Positions 24,493-37,800 of a DNA stretch of 64,000 bases are shown here, in pieces; position 1 is the first letter of the stretch; each line of letters starts with the position of its first letter. The stretch lies in NCBI GenBank assembly GCA_040285825.1, contig JAUPSS010000004.1:3204550-3268549 (forward strand), given 5' to 3'. The stretch comes from Eukaryota sp. TZLM1-RC. Lineage: Eukaryota; Protista; Metamonada: BaSk clade. Below the pieces are notes generated by a model. It was not told where the DNA came from. It searched no databases and saw only the letters and a program-made list of their open reading frames with translations. The position numbers and the translations under genes are program-made.

Positions 24493-26232
24493 ATGTCACA
24501 CAGTGTATCGGATGTACCCACCACGCCTTTTGCAGACCAGTGCCCTGGCACTTCAGGCCTGAGAAAGAAGGTACCTATCTTTCAACAGAAAAACTACTCT
24601 GAAAACTTTATCCACTCGATATTTGCATGTCCCGCTCTTCGAGAGAGAGTAGCTGGATCTAGTATCGTTATCGGTTCTGATGGACGCTACTACAGTTCTG
24701 ATGTAATCAAGACTGCCATAAAGATCGCCGCAGCCCACGGTGTAGAACACATCTACGTTGCTCAACACGGCCTACTCTCCACGCCTGCATGTTCCATTTT
24801 CATCCGCAAGCATAAGCTGTTTGGAGGACTCTTGGTCACAGCTAGTCATAACCCAGGTGGTCCCGACGCTGATCTAGGAATAAAATGGAACGCAGAAGCT
24901 GGTCAGCCAGCTCCCCTCACAATAACTGAATCGATATTTGAAACATCAAAGTCGCTCTGTCATTACAAGATCGTCCAAGATCTAGACGTTGATCTTTCCA
25001 CAATTGCCCAAACCTCTTTCACCATCAAGGACACCAGCGAGGGAAGAGAAAATACCTGTGTTGTTGACGTTTTTGATGGCGTTGAGGGTTATATCTCAAC
25101 AATGAAGACCATCTTCAACTTTGAAGAAATGAAAGAGCTCATCACCCAGTTTGGCTTCAACCTCTGTTTAGACCCTATGCATGGGGTTGGTGCCCCTTAC
25201 GTCAAGAAGATTGCTGAATTACTTGGACTAGGGGACAAGAGCATCATTCATAGCACCTCTGATCCTTCATTCGGAGGTCTCCACCCCGATCCCAATCTGG
25301 TCTGGGCCACGGATTTAGTCAAGATTGCCATTGAGGAGCAAAAGGTGGATCTTGGGTTTGCGCTTGATGGAGACGCTGACAGTTTGTGAATATTTCTTCA
25401 ACTTATTTCAGGAAATCTCATTCTTTCTCGAGGACATTTCGTAAGCCCTTGTGATTCTGTGGCTGTTTTGGCCTTGTTTTCCCGCCATTTACCCCAATTT
25501 AGTGGTTCTAACCCTCTCACAGGTGTAGCTCGTTCTATGCCCACCTCTGCCATGCTGGACGATGTCGCTCAGCATCTTGGTATCTCCAGCTACACTGTTC
25601 CCACTGGATGGAAGTTCTTTTGCAACCTGATGGATGAAGGAAAGGTCCAGCTATGTGGCGAGGAGTCCTTTGGCTGTAGCTCCAATCTTCATAGAGAAAA
25701 AGATGGGTGTTGGAAGATCCTCTCCATGCTGCAGATCTGCTTGGCTAAATCCAAAGAGACTGGCCAAAAAGTGTTGCCTTTTGAACTTTGCAGGGAAATG
25801 TGGGGTGTGGTTGGACGTCGAGCTTTCCAGCGCCTCGACTATGAGGAATTAGAGACGGAGCTTGCTAATCAAGTGTTCTCGCAACTTTACTCTGTTTGTA
25901 ATTCTTTTCCTTCATCAGGTCTTTCCATTCCTGCTCCTCATGGGACGTTGAGGAAAGCAGAAGATTGGACATTTATAGATGAAGAAGGCAATGCTATTCC
26001 AAAACAGGGAATCTACTTCCTTTTTACTGATACTTCACGAGTAGTTTTTAGAAAGTCTGGTACAGGTTCCACGGGTGCCACAATCAGAATCTATTTGGAA
26101 CGTAAAGTCGAGGACTCTGATGACGTGGAGCGGCCTACAGCTGAATTGGTGGAAAAATTGAAACAATTTGCCGTAGAAATTAGTCAGATTGAGAAAATTA
26201 CTGGCAGAAGTGAACCTACTGTCATTACTTAG
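24493..26232 (+). CDS. PGM: Phosphoglucomutase; intron 25382-25411
   Basis: PGTSGLRKK, catalytic TASHNPGG, spliced metal loop DGDADR, TGWKFF, CGEESFG, RKSGTG, EPTVIT C-terminus. Confidence 0.95.
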
Positions 26233-28059
26233 ATTAGTTTGCGTATGTATTTATGTTGTTGTTTGTATAAATCCACTGGTACATGTCTCAAAACCATGGA
26301 CATTACATCACATTACATGTCTCGATCCATGCAATGAAACATTGTTTGAAGGTTATTTAGTTAACCATGTTTTGTTTTGCTTGAAACCAAAGCTCATCTT
26401 TCTGAAAACACAACAACTCGGCACGTGTTTATGGCGGAGCAGCAGTTTTATACTGTTTTATGCTGCTTTTGAGTAACTTTTGATTCCTGAACAACATCAA
26501 ATTGGCGTAGTTTATTCCTCTCTGTCCTTCACATAAATCATTGACTAGTACATCATGTCAAACTAACATTTATTACAAAACAAAATTGTAAATTGTAAAC
26601 AAGATTTCCGTGATGATAGGGATCTGAAAGAAGCTGTTCAAGATCTATCTGTCAAAGATGGGTTGTCTTGTTGGGGCCAATGGATTGTGTGAAGTAAGAG
26701 AATTGAGATTCAGTATGAGGTGTTCAACAGCGGTGTTCCAACACACACACACAAAACACGTGCTTTTGTACAAAAAATCTACTTGGGTTGATACAACTAA
26801 TTGATATCTTCTTCAAGTTCAACAACAACAACTACTACAACAATTTAGAACAACAACTTTTTTTCAAAAATACCCGACAGTTGGCTGATTAAAAAAATAT
26901 AATCGCTGTAACATATTGATTTGATATGGTAAATTCTGCATAACAGTAGTATTAAATATTTGATTTTAGCAATGGCTCTTAACAGCACGAATTTCTTGCT
27001 ATAGTTGAAACAATAGCCCTAACAACATCATGTAATGATAAACGACAAGTATTGAATTTGGGACAATTTGGGACGCAAAATGAGCTGTGGTGAAATGGTA
27101 CAAATGCAGCTTTCATTGTGGACACATAGCCTAAATTTTCGTGGCACAATGATTACAAAAAGTGATGAATCTGATGACTGATTCCCACATACACCTTTTT
27201 CTCATAATAATGAATGATAGTCTTGATCTAAGATAGCCGAGGTGCATATATTTTCAAAAAGCTCACCTTGATTTATATTGACGATTCTCCTAAAAACCAA
27301 CTAATAATACGAATCGCATCGGTAGTTTTAAATAACCCAAATTGTTTAATCAAATTTATTATTTCACGTCCCATATTGAAATTTAATACACAATATTTGA
27401 ACGTCTTACATCGTTTTACATCAAAAAATCGTGAACGATTTTTGACCTTATTTTTGACCTGTAAATATATTAACTCGCAACTAATTATCATTTATTGTTT
27501 CCTAGTAATAATCAGCTGGATTTGCTTCAATTGTTAAAACAATTGAACAAGAATACAAACGTTCAGGCAGACAAAAGGTCCAAAAAATCAGCAGACTAAA
27601 AAAAGACTAAAAAAAAGGAGTCAATTGTGACAAGCTTGGCACGTAAAAAACAATGTGATTTATTGTTTCCTAATAATGATAGAAAAGCATCGTTGAAGCC
27701 CGTAAACTATAATTTAGTAGTTGGGTTAGAGTTGTTACCCACCCAATGAGAAGCTTATGTAAGTGGATATTGAGGTGTATACTTCAGTTTACATTGTACA
27801 TCCTTCCAAAGCAGAGAATCTATAGAAATCTCAAACATTGAAGATGCATGAGATGTCTATTCGTTTGGAGATAAAGAACCAGAAGCAGAATGCGTTGATG
27901 AATGAGAGTCATCACTATTGGTTTCTTCAGAGTCAGAAAAAGGAGCAAAAAGCTTGGACGTAAGGTCTCTGAGAAGGTTTGCTGACTAGGGTTCTGGGGA
28001 AGAGTGTCAAAGGCTGTTCAGGGTGAAGAAGCTATCAGCATGTCAAACATCTCTTGGCG

Positions 28060-28515
28060 AGATTCTCTTGACACCCTACATTCTTCTAACGTCATGCAGC
28101 AAAGCGAGAAAAAGGATAACGAGGTACCGGACCCACCTGTTCTTCACAGAACCGCAGAGCTCTTCCTTCGTGCTCCTCAGTCCGGAACAGTCGTTTTCTA
28201 TTACAGGAATAAACGAAAGGTCAAAGCCTCGGTTTCCGAACAAAATCGTCGTTCTGATCCTTCCGTGGGAGGGGAAGGGGCAGGTAAGGATTGCACTTTT
28301 TTGAGTCATCATGTAAGTCATGACATGGGTGCTGTTGAATCAGCCATGGTTATAATCACTTTACATATGGGATGTTTTTCTTGTTTCTGTTTTGTTTTAA
28401 ATTTTTATTTTGATGTTTTTGAGTTTGTTGATTTTTATGGTTTAGGTACTTGCACTTTACATATTGGATGCTTTTCTTGTTTCTGTTTTCTTCTATCTTG
28501 TTGTTATTTTGATGA
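28060..28515 (+). repeat. Dispersed repeat homologous (inverted) to ~58660-59110, with an internal ~96-bp tandem duplication
   Basis: Shared agtcatcatgtaagtcatga-tgggtgctgttgaatcagccatgg and KKDNEV/PQSGTV/NRRSD peptides; cactttacatat at 28357 and 28453. Confidence 0.75.
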
Positions 28516-28519
28516 TTAT

Positions 28520-28812
28520 TACAGTGAACCTTTTTCCAAAATGTCCACCCAACAGCTTGTAAAATACAATAAATATCCATTTGTATTTTCTTTAATTGGG
28601 TCACTTGCTCCCACGGCTATACGTTTTTCAGCAAATTTTGAAACGATTGTAAAGAGAAGAACCAACAGAAAATTCAACAGATTGTTTTGTCAGAATAGAA
28701 TTGTGTTTTCAATTTTGAAGGGGATGTTGAAGATGATTTCTGATGCTTTGCTTTCTCTTGGATTTCACTATGAGAGAGTTGCATCTAGTTGTTTTGTTTT
28801 GAGAGAGATGGA
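28520..28812 (+). mobile_element. Diverged family C RLE fragment, cut at the duplication boundary
   Basis: YPFVFSLIGSLAPTA...QNRIVFSILKGMLKM...YERVASS. Confidence 0.8.
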
Positions 28813-30595
28813 CTCTGGGCTCCTGAGGCAGCTCGCTACTACCATTCCTCTCAACAAACCTTTTCTTTGTTGAACATTCGACAGAAATCGGAAATTGTCG
28901 AATGTTTCTCAAGGACTTCGAAAAACTTCTTTACTCTTTAATTTTGTTGTACTGGGCTCTAGGCTGTATTGAGGTCAAAAATGAATCTGTTCGAATTTGG
29001 GATAGTGTTGAAGGTTCCTGTTGCAGCCTTTTTTGATAATCTATGCCGTCCATAGAACGATCCCTAGAGTTTTGAGAGGGAGGTAAGCGATAACGGTGAG
29101 ATTGTGGGAAATGGTCAGGACAGAAGGCACCTTGACCAGACCACCAAGATGGTGTAATCGATGAGGACCTAAACATTGTGCTGAAGTAAAACAAAGACAG
29201 TGGTTAAATTGAAAATATTGAGACGAATGTTGAGAATAAGGTAAGTGAGAAGGGTGAGAGCCAAAAGCGGGACGCGTTCTGGAAAAATGGGAGTATCCTG
29301 TGTAGGGACTTGAGTCACTGGGATAATTCGTTGAAGCTTTAGGGAGATTTTGGCAATATGATTTTAGAACAAAAGTTCGTAATTCAATTTAATTCAATTT
29401 AAATTGAAGTGTCCGTCAACAAGAAAACGGAAAACTCAATGATCATAATAAACAAAGGTTATTTCAGCATCTCTGAAAAATACGCTTCGTTATGTGGGTT
29501 GAATTCCTTTGAAATCAGTGGTGGGTTCACCGATGCCTGTGAATTGAATCACAATATTGATTTCTTATCTAAATTCCCATCAATGTTTGCTGCCAGGAGT
29601 TAACAGTTTATCGAATTTCTTGGGTAAAGGGTTTGTTCAAATAAAAAACATAAAATAAAAAAAATAAAATCTTCATCTTGCTGTTGTGAAATTACAGAAG
29701 TCTGTTCTTATTGGTTTTGAAGACCTGGATTTTTCTAAACGACTTAGTGTGACTAAGATTAATAATCCCATCTTTGCTGCCTTTTTATCAGACATCCAGA
29801 ACTGTACTAGTTTAATATCTCAGCAAACAAGGCCATTTGGTCTTCACTTAACAAATGAAGCATGTAAACAAAACATGCGGTTGAGATTGGGGCTGTATCC
29901 AAGTGGTCTTTTGGATAATTCTGGTTGTATTTGTAACGAACAACCTACTGCCAATTTCCGTCATATTGTTAGTTGTAAGAAATTTCTTCAATATTGGTCT
30001 GTTCTTCATAATGCCGTTCGTGATGTGACATATGAGATGTTCAAGTGTTACAATTTTAGTTGCAAAGTAGAACCTTTGTTGAAGCATTATAGTGATAATA
30101 ATGTGTTTAATTCACGTCGAGGTGATTTAATTGCTCCTTTTGTGGATTCCTCTCAAGTTGTTGTTGATTTCACTACAGTTGATCCCTTTGCTTTTGTTTA
30201 TCGTGATGATGTTTTACTTAGTACTAATGATCATTTAAACAAGGCAGAAGATCGTAAGAGAGATAAATATACTGAGATATTAAATGATTTAAATAAGAAT
30301 CTTTACTCGAAGTTTTCGTTTGTTCCTTTTGCCTTTTCGATTTTTGGCAACATTGGACAATCCGCCTTGAATTTCATCAATGATTTTGGTAAGTTATGTC
30401 GTTCAAGTGGTAAGAATTTTGCAGGGAATTTATGGAAGAATCGTATCATTTTCGCTTTGTACAGAAGTGTTCCCAAGTACTTGAGTTTAATGATGTCCAA
30501 ACTTTATAAGGATTCATCAAGAGTTGGCGTGGAGAATTTAGTTTCTTATGTGTTTTAGTTTGTTTTGTTTTTATTTGATTCTTCGTAGAAAATAG
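28813..30595 (+). repeat. ~1.8-kb direct duplication, copy 2
   Basis: Matches 16492-18280 at an offset of 12321 bp. Confidence 0.95.
29670..30595 (+). mobile_element. 5'-truncated RLE non-LTR retroelement, family A
   Basis: 290-aa frame with zinc motif and RLE; same 5' junction as the 17349 copy. Confidence 0.9.
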
Positions 30596-30892
30596 TTGTT
30601 AAAATATATTATTTCTTTAAAAATAACTATATAATAACTGCTGATCCAATAAGTGTGTTTTCCCATCCTTTTATCCGACATAAGTCGGATTTAAGTAGGC
30701 CGACCGCATATAAATCGGCGACCTGCCGGCTGTTAGGTCAAAGATTTTCTGACAGGTCGTTTTTCTGACACTGATTCGTGTAACTTATCGTTGTTTTTGA
30801 GGAACGAGTAATGGAAATTTCCCATCCTCCTCATCCAATCTCAGCCTACATCCATTTATTGGATTGCATTGTTTTAGACTTTATCTGTAAGA

Positions 30893-31829
30893 ATGCGTGT
30901 ATTTTTATTATTTGTACTACCGTTGTTCTGTATAATATTAACAGTCTCTGCTGAACATGTTCCTGTTATCGGTGTTCTTAGCCATCCTTCTTTGCCTCAA
31001 CTAGAACACTTTGGCTCTTACTACATTGCTAGCTCCTACATTAAATGGATTGAACTAGGTGGTAGCAGGGCAGTTCCCATACAGTACTCTTGGAGCGACA
31101 ATGATATCATTTCATCAATGCAAAAATTAGATGGTATTTTTCTTCCTGGAGGTGAAGACTCTCATGACCTTCAACATAAGGCTTGTGTTATATACAACGA
31201 AGCAACCCGTTTAAATAGGAAAAGACCGTTTGTACTGTTTGGTACTTGTCTAGGTTTTGAGCAAATGGCTGTTTGTGAGGGAGCCAAGTTGGATGTATTC
31301 AACGCTAACGACATATCCCTGAACTTGCAATTTACAACCATAGGATACAATTCTAGATTGTTTGAAGGTATTAGCCAACAATTGTTATCTTCAGTACAAA
31401 AAAACAACATAACGTTCAATAATCATAGATTAGGAGTGTCTATGACAGAGTTTATGAGAAGTGGAATGGATAGCAAATATATCCTTGTCACATTCAACAG
31501 TGATCGGAATGGTTTGAAGTTTGTTTCTGCATTCGAACACAAGAAGTTCCCCTTCTTTGCTGGTTTGTCTTCATGCCCTAACACTTATGCTAGTACAGTT
31601 TCATCCAGAAAAACCCATTTACGAGTTTGACAACAGTCAAAGTGTTCCCCATGATCAGGATTCTGTTCTACTTGGCCAGCATTTCTCCAATATACTTACT
31701 AAGCATGCGAGGAATGCCCAGGGAAGTATGACATCAAGGGAGGCCGAAATTTACTCATTCAATAGACTACAGGCATCTTATACATTTAATATTTTTTCTT
31801 ACTTTGGCCAGTGTTATTTTTTCAACTAG
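30893..31829 (+). CDS. GGH: Gamma-glutamyl hydrolase (peptidase C26) with signal peptide; intron 31563-31593
   Basis: PVIGVL, YIASSYIKWIELGGSR, LPGG, GTCLGFE nucleophile, spliced VQFHPEK. Confidence 0.92.
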
Positions 31830-32088
31830 ATTCTAAAAAATTTCACATATTTGTGTTTTAAATCAGAACAGTCTGTATATATTATATGTTTATATTTATC
31901 AATTTTAGTGTTTTCAGCCACAGACATGATCATGAATTTATCTCGACCGATCTGGCAAGTTTGGCGAACGGTATGCAAAACGTTCGGCTCTCTGATAACT
32001 TAGATAAAGCCACATTGTGTAGAATCAAACAATGTCAGGGAAACCACTTTTCAGTCAAAATTCACCTTGATTGTTGCTATTTTTACAC

Positions 32089-33462
32089 ATGCAAGGTCTC
32101 TCAAATTCGATGGATCACGACCTAGTCAATACAGTAGCTGCAGACCTGCGGATTGTCTTCAACTCGCTCACCAAATGTAGAACCTCCATCATCACTGTCC
32201 TTGGTGATTGTGAGTTTCAGGATCAGTTGACCAGAATTCTCCGAAGTCCGCCTCCTCCCTTCATGTTTAATGAAATCCATCCTCAAATAGGCAGCGTACA
32301 TGTCATTGGAGTTTTACACTCTCCTGCCCACCTTACGACTGCTCTGTTTCTCTTTATAAACCTAGCGGATGAGATTTATGACCACACTATTGCATTAATC
32401 TCATCTCTAATCATTCTCTCCTCAATGTGTCTAGTGCTTTCAAAATTTACAAACGAGCTCAACACCATCTACCAGCAGTCCTCAACTAGCTTCTACTTGT
32501 CTAATCTAATGGTGAATTTACCGTCGGCTTTAATTCTACCTGAATTCAATCCTGTCGAACCTCCTCCGTTCACCTCCTTTTTTGCTGAAATCTTTGTTTA
32601 CTATTCATTTAATTTTGATCAGAAATTCATCATGAACCTCTTAGAGCACGCCACCACTAACATTAAAAGAGATTGCTTTCAAGAATTCCTCGCAGCTGAT
32701 CACATTGGTGATCTCGTACTTCGTCTTTCCTTTCGTTTCCCCCTAAACTATCCCCTTTTCACTCCTGCAGTCGCTCCTTGGTTGTTGGCGAGCTGGTTTG
32801 TCCCTTTGGTCTGTGACGACAATAGCTTAGCCTCTAGACCTCATGCTCTGACTGCATCCGAATGCTGGTTATTTGGTGCTATAGTTAGCTCTACACTAAC
32901 TCATTTCATGCAAGCTTACACAAAACTTGATAATTTTCATAGTAGTTATAGAAGCACAGAATATTCGTTGTACAGCTGTCCTTTTCCTAATCAAAGTATT
33001 ACCCTTCAAGACTATGTGAATAGGCTAATTACGTATTCACAAGCTTCTCCTGCCGTTTTTGTAATAATGTTAATTTTAATTGATAGAGTATGTTTTTATT
33101 CAATTTATAATTAATTTTAGGTTCGTCGAGCCAATCTTGGACATCCCCAAAATCCAAATCCTTTTGTCCTGACCAGTGATCGTTGTTTTAAATTAATTAT
33201 AGCTGCTTTCACGGTAGCTTACAAAATATCTGAAGAAAATGACACCACTACTTGCCAAAATAACGCCTTCTTTGCGAAATTGGGAGGCATTACAACCGCA
33301 GAATTGGCTCTATTAGAAATGGATTTCTTATTTGGAATTCGTTTTGCTTTGAAGATATCCCAAAGTACATTTGAGCAGTTTGTCAATGTCATGTTTCTGC
33401 ACTTTTTCGTTGGCCAATGTCCCCAATGTCTCAGGTTTGGAGGGTTTTTCAGTGATTCCTGA
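32089..33462 (+). CDS. PHO80/U-type cyclin with long N-terminal extension; intron 33088-33120
   Basis: ITLQDYVNRL...LILIDR|...LIIAAFTVAYK...NAFFAKLGGITTAELALLEMDFL cyclin box; start could instead be 32110. Confidence 0.75.
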
Positions 33463-34727
33463 TGTATGAATTTGTTTAGTTTTATTTAGTTTTATTTAGT
33501 CTTTTTTGTATATTGAATTGGAAGAAGTGTTGTGTCTTCCAAATTTTTGTAAAAAATAATTTTAATTTTAATTTTAATTTTTATTATTGATTTTTAAATT
33601 ATGAATTAACTGCTATTCATGGTCTCTGTAATGATTTCCAGTTTTCCACCAATTATAATCTATAGAACCCGTTTGAATTATTTGTTTCAATTATTCCTAT
33701 TGCATTGGTCCACTGTTAGTCATATTTCAATAAAATACCATTATCTATAGAACATATTACTATTGATATGCGAGAAGAAGAGGTTGTTCAATATGAAAGA
33801 ACCTTGGAGCTTCATGAAGGTGATTAGTTAGTTTTTTGTTTTTGTTTATTATAAATTTATTTTCTGCGTGGTTTTTATTAATATTATTAATTTCGATGAT
33901 AGATCCAAGTGAGATGGCTTGGGTTGTAATAATTAGTGTTAATAAGCTAGGTACCAGTGATAATTGGTCCACTACTAACCTTCTTGTAATTGTGATTGTA
34001 TATCCTCCTAACATCAACACTTTCAATAAATTTGAACCTTTCTCAAAATCAGGCACACCACCCGTAATCTTTATAGTATCTGACTCAAACTCCATGTGTT
34101 CCTTGACTCGACTTGAGTTTTCTTTCATTGCATTGTGAACATTCACTACATTCTTTCTGCAAAAATGTAGTTCCTTCACCATTTTTCCTAATGGAAGGAA
34201 TTTAACCTGTACAATAAATATACAAATTTTAATTACGAATGAAAAATGTCAGAATATGGAAATTGTCATAAAGTTTATAATATGAACCAATGTGACATTA
34301 TACTAAAGAATATATTCCAATGGTGCGGAATCTACCAACAACTCCGTCTATAATATACCGATAACTTGGAAAAAGATGAAGAAAATTTCGCTTCATTGAT
34401 ACACATTCGTTGATGTGCAACAGAAATGTCCACAATGTGGTTGTTTAGGTTGGACTAAAGCCTCTATTCTTACTTCTTGTGCTTTTGTTGGTCGACGTAA
34501 TTATGTTATAGTGAAGTATTCAGGGAGATTTATAAACGACAACCCAAAGTTCAACTACTTTAGCATTAAATGAAAAAAATGTCAAAAGACTGATACAGAA
34601 ATATAGAAATGATGCTTTCACAATCATTCAATGGTAATCTTCCTGAAAAAAAATATTTGAAATATTAAAAAGATATTTGAATTTAACATACACACTTCAA
34701 ACATTAAAAAAACGAAATAAACTAAAG

Positions 34728-34881
34728 TGATGGTCTTGGCTGTTGTGAGTTAGAATTCATACAGTGTAGAGTAACAGAAGTGTAATTTATTACGAAGAGG
34801 AATTGTATTCTCTCTTCTTAAGCTAACAGGCGGAATACTAATAACTAAACTATTAACTATAAATACTATTCAAGACTAACA
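34728..34881 (-). repeat. 3' LTR (154 bp)
   Basis: Identical to 41971-42124 by eye; preceded on the element strand by polypurine tract AAAGAGAGGAAAAGG (~34885-34899). Confidence 0.95.
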
Positions 34882-37800
34882 CTGCCTTTTCCTCTCTTTC
34901 GAGCGACGAGCCCTGGAAGCTCTAGTCACAGGAGGTGAACTAATGGAAATATGACGCTTCTTGGGAGGAGCGGATTTAGTACGGCGACGTGCTTTTGAAG
35001 TCTTGATAAAGTCTTTATACGCGGCAGTATTTTGGACTGTAGACACATGCTCAGTGGTGATCTCTTTTCCTGGCCATTGCACTTGGCAAAAGTCACCTTC
35101 CTGACTGAGCACTTTTTCAATGATGTGTTCTTCGACATCACCTGCAGCGACCCAGGAGTGGAACTCATCGTTGGTGGGCAAGCTGGAGTGCCAGGGAGCT
35201 AAGTGTTTGACGCTAGCTTGGACAATCGTACCTGTGCAGAGATTCTTAATATTCACAGACGAATTGGATACGATTTCAGTAATTAGGAAGGGTCCTAAAT
35301 AGTCTCCATGAAGCTTAGCGGAAGAGCCAGATGCTCTCAATACCAATTGACCAACTTCAAAAGGGTTTGGAGTTGACGATCTAGCTAGCTTGGAAGCTTT
35401 GGAAGCTTGATGGTGTGCTGCCTTTTCCTGTTTCTCTTTCAATCTTCGAAATTTAGATTGAATTTCTTGAATAAAAGATGACTCAGACGTCGAGCTTTCA
35501 ATGATTTCAAGAATTTTGCCAGGGTCTGATCTGGGAGACACATCTGAGCCAAAGATCACTTGGTATGGGGTGTGGTTGGTTATTGAGCTCTTGGAAGAGT
35601 TGATCAATAATTGCACATAAGGCAAGTATTCAGACCACACATCGTAGGCATTGAAGTCTACGAGCAATTTCCGTAGGTTTTGCAGGATGTCTCTGTGTCG
35701 GCGCTCTACCAGGCCGTTGGACGGAGAAAACCTAGGTATTGACTTTGACACCTCTATGCCCAAAAATTTGCTTAATTCGTCAAAGACAGCCTTGGAAAAT
35801 TCGGGTCCATTATCGCTGTGGATTTGAAATGGAATACCAAAGATGGCACAGACTTTCCAAATTAATGCATCTGCAGTAAGATTGGCATTTATCTCTTTTT
35901 AAAGGCACGATGATCGTGAACCTAGAGAAGCTGTCAATAAATACGAGGATGTATTTGTAGCCTTCTTGATCTTCTGGAAGAGGACCAATGACGTCGGCAT
36001 TGACGCGAGCAAAAGGTCTGTCAGCCCACAATGAACCGGTTGGGGGAACATGCAGTTTGGGAACTGGCTTTGTTTTCTGACAGGAGGGGCATTCTTGGAC
36101 GTGCTTATTCATGTCGGTGAGCATGTTTGGCCACCAATAATCGCTGTTCCTGAGCTTGTTCAGGCTTTCAGCTTTGCTTGGATGACCTCCTTGCAGAAGT
36201 CCATGCAACAAGTTAAGGGTGTCCTTAATGAGTGATTTGGGAATCACTATCTTGTTGTCGTGAGTCATATATAAATCAAGATGATTGTTATGAACACAGT
36301 TGTTGAAAGAGGGGTCTTTGGAAGCTATGGCAAGCTTCTGTTCGGACCTAATCCTACAGAGCCATGGCTCGAAAATAGGCAGGTCGTTGGAACATCGTTC
36401 TCTGATGACCATGATACGTTCGAAGTTGTTTAAGTCTTCGATGTAGTATCTTTCATTTTCTGTTCCATCAATTTTATCAATGTAAAATATGGGATGAAAA
36501 TTTGGAGGCATTTGATGGGACAAATGATTGATCTCTTGATGGTCTATAGGCGGAACTATTCGAGACAACATATCAGCCCAGAAGTTATCTTCCCCTTTGG
36601 TATGTACCAAATCAAAGCAGAATTCAGAGAATATGGGTAACCATCTTGTTACAATTCTGTTCTTCTCAGGAGCCGTGAACATGTAGGTAAGGTTTTGATG
36701 GTCTGTGAATATAACCAGTTTCCTTCCTTTCAAGTAGTTTTCAAAACCACTTTGAGTTAACATGAGTAGGATAGCATAGAGTTCCTTTTGGTTTGTCGGC
36801 CAGTTCTTTTGCGAGTTGGTTAACAACCGGCTGAAGAAGCTGATAGGCCTACATTTCCTGTTGATCAGGGGGGTACCGGGGTCGTCGACTTGTTCGATTT
36901 GTTCCCATATGACGCCGCCTACAGCTATGTCGGACGCATCGCAACTAATTAAAATTTGGTTTTCCAGCGGAGGTAAGCTGAGCGGCATGTGCTTCGCTAT
37001 CAGTTGTTTGATCTTTTGAAGGAGTCCGTCGTGCATGTCGGTCCATTGAAGGCGTTGCGCGCGGGGTTTGGGTTTAACTTTGGAGTTATTTCCATCCTTC
37101 TTAGTCAATCTGATGATAGGAGCGATGAGCTCAGATACCTGAGGAAGCCATTCTCTAATGAAGTTGACTGATCCTACGAGGCTGCGGACGTCTTTGATTG
37201 TCTTTGGTCTAGGTAGATTCAACAAAGATTCAACGCGAGTGGGATCGATAGTCCGTTGTTTGTTTTGGGAAACACTGCCCAGTATCTTGATTGGGTGTCT
37301 GGAAGACACGAAATGGCACTTTGGAAGTCCCAAGGAAACTCTTTTGCATCTGGCTTGATCAAGGACGCGACGGAGGCGTTCAATGAATTCGTCAAAGGTT
37401 GAACCTATGATTATGATGTCATCTATGTAAATGAAGACACCGTCTCCCGAGAAGATGTCAGCCATGACGTTTTGGAAAACGGCTGGGACATTCTTTAGGC
37501 CAAAAGCTGCACGTTTGAACATGATGCTTTTGCCAGGAATGCTCAGGGCTGTTTTCTGCCAATCCTTTTCGGCAATCTTGAGTTGCCAAAAGGCTTTGGG
37601 GAGGTCAAGGGTGCCTATGTAGTTCGCTTGGGAGAGAAATACCAGCACATCGGAGATCCTTGGAAGGTTGGGCTCAACAGGAATGGTGTTGGCGTTGACT
37701 CCGTCCTTGCCACTATAGTCACCGGTAAGGCGGGGCTTACGGTGATCTGGGTAGACCACTAGACAGACAGGGGAGCTGAACTCATGGTTCGATGGGACAG

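Noticed and set aside
28004-28873. 289-aa ORF as a real gene
   Set aside because: Chimera of three unrelated pieces: dispersed repeat, family C fragment and start of the duplicated block
33600-34720. Possible viral gene relics flanking the Gypsy insertion (also 42130-42950)
   Set aside because: Short broken AT-rich frames (one CPQC motif) with no hallmark capsid, ATPase or polymerase motif
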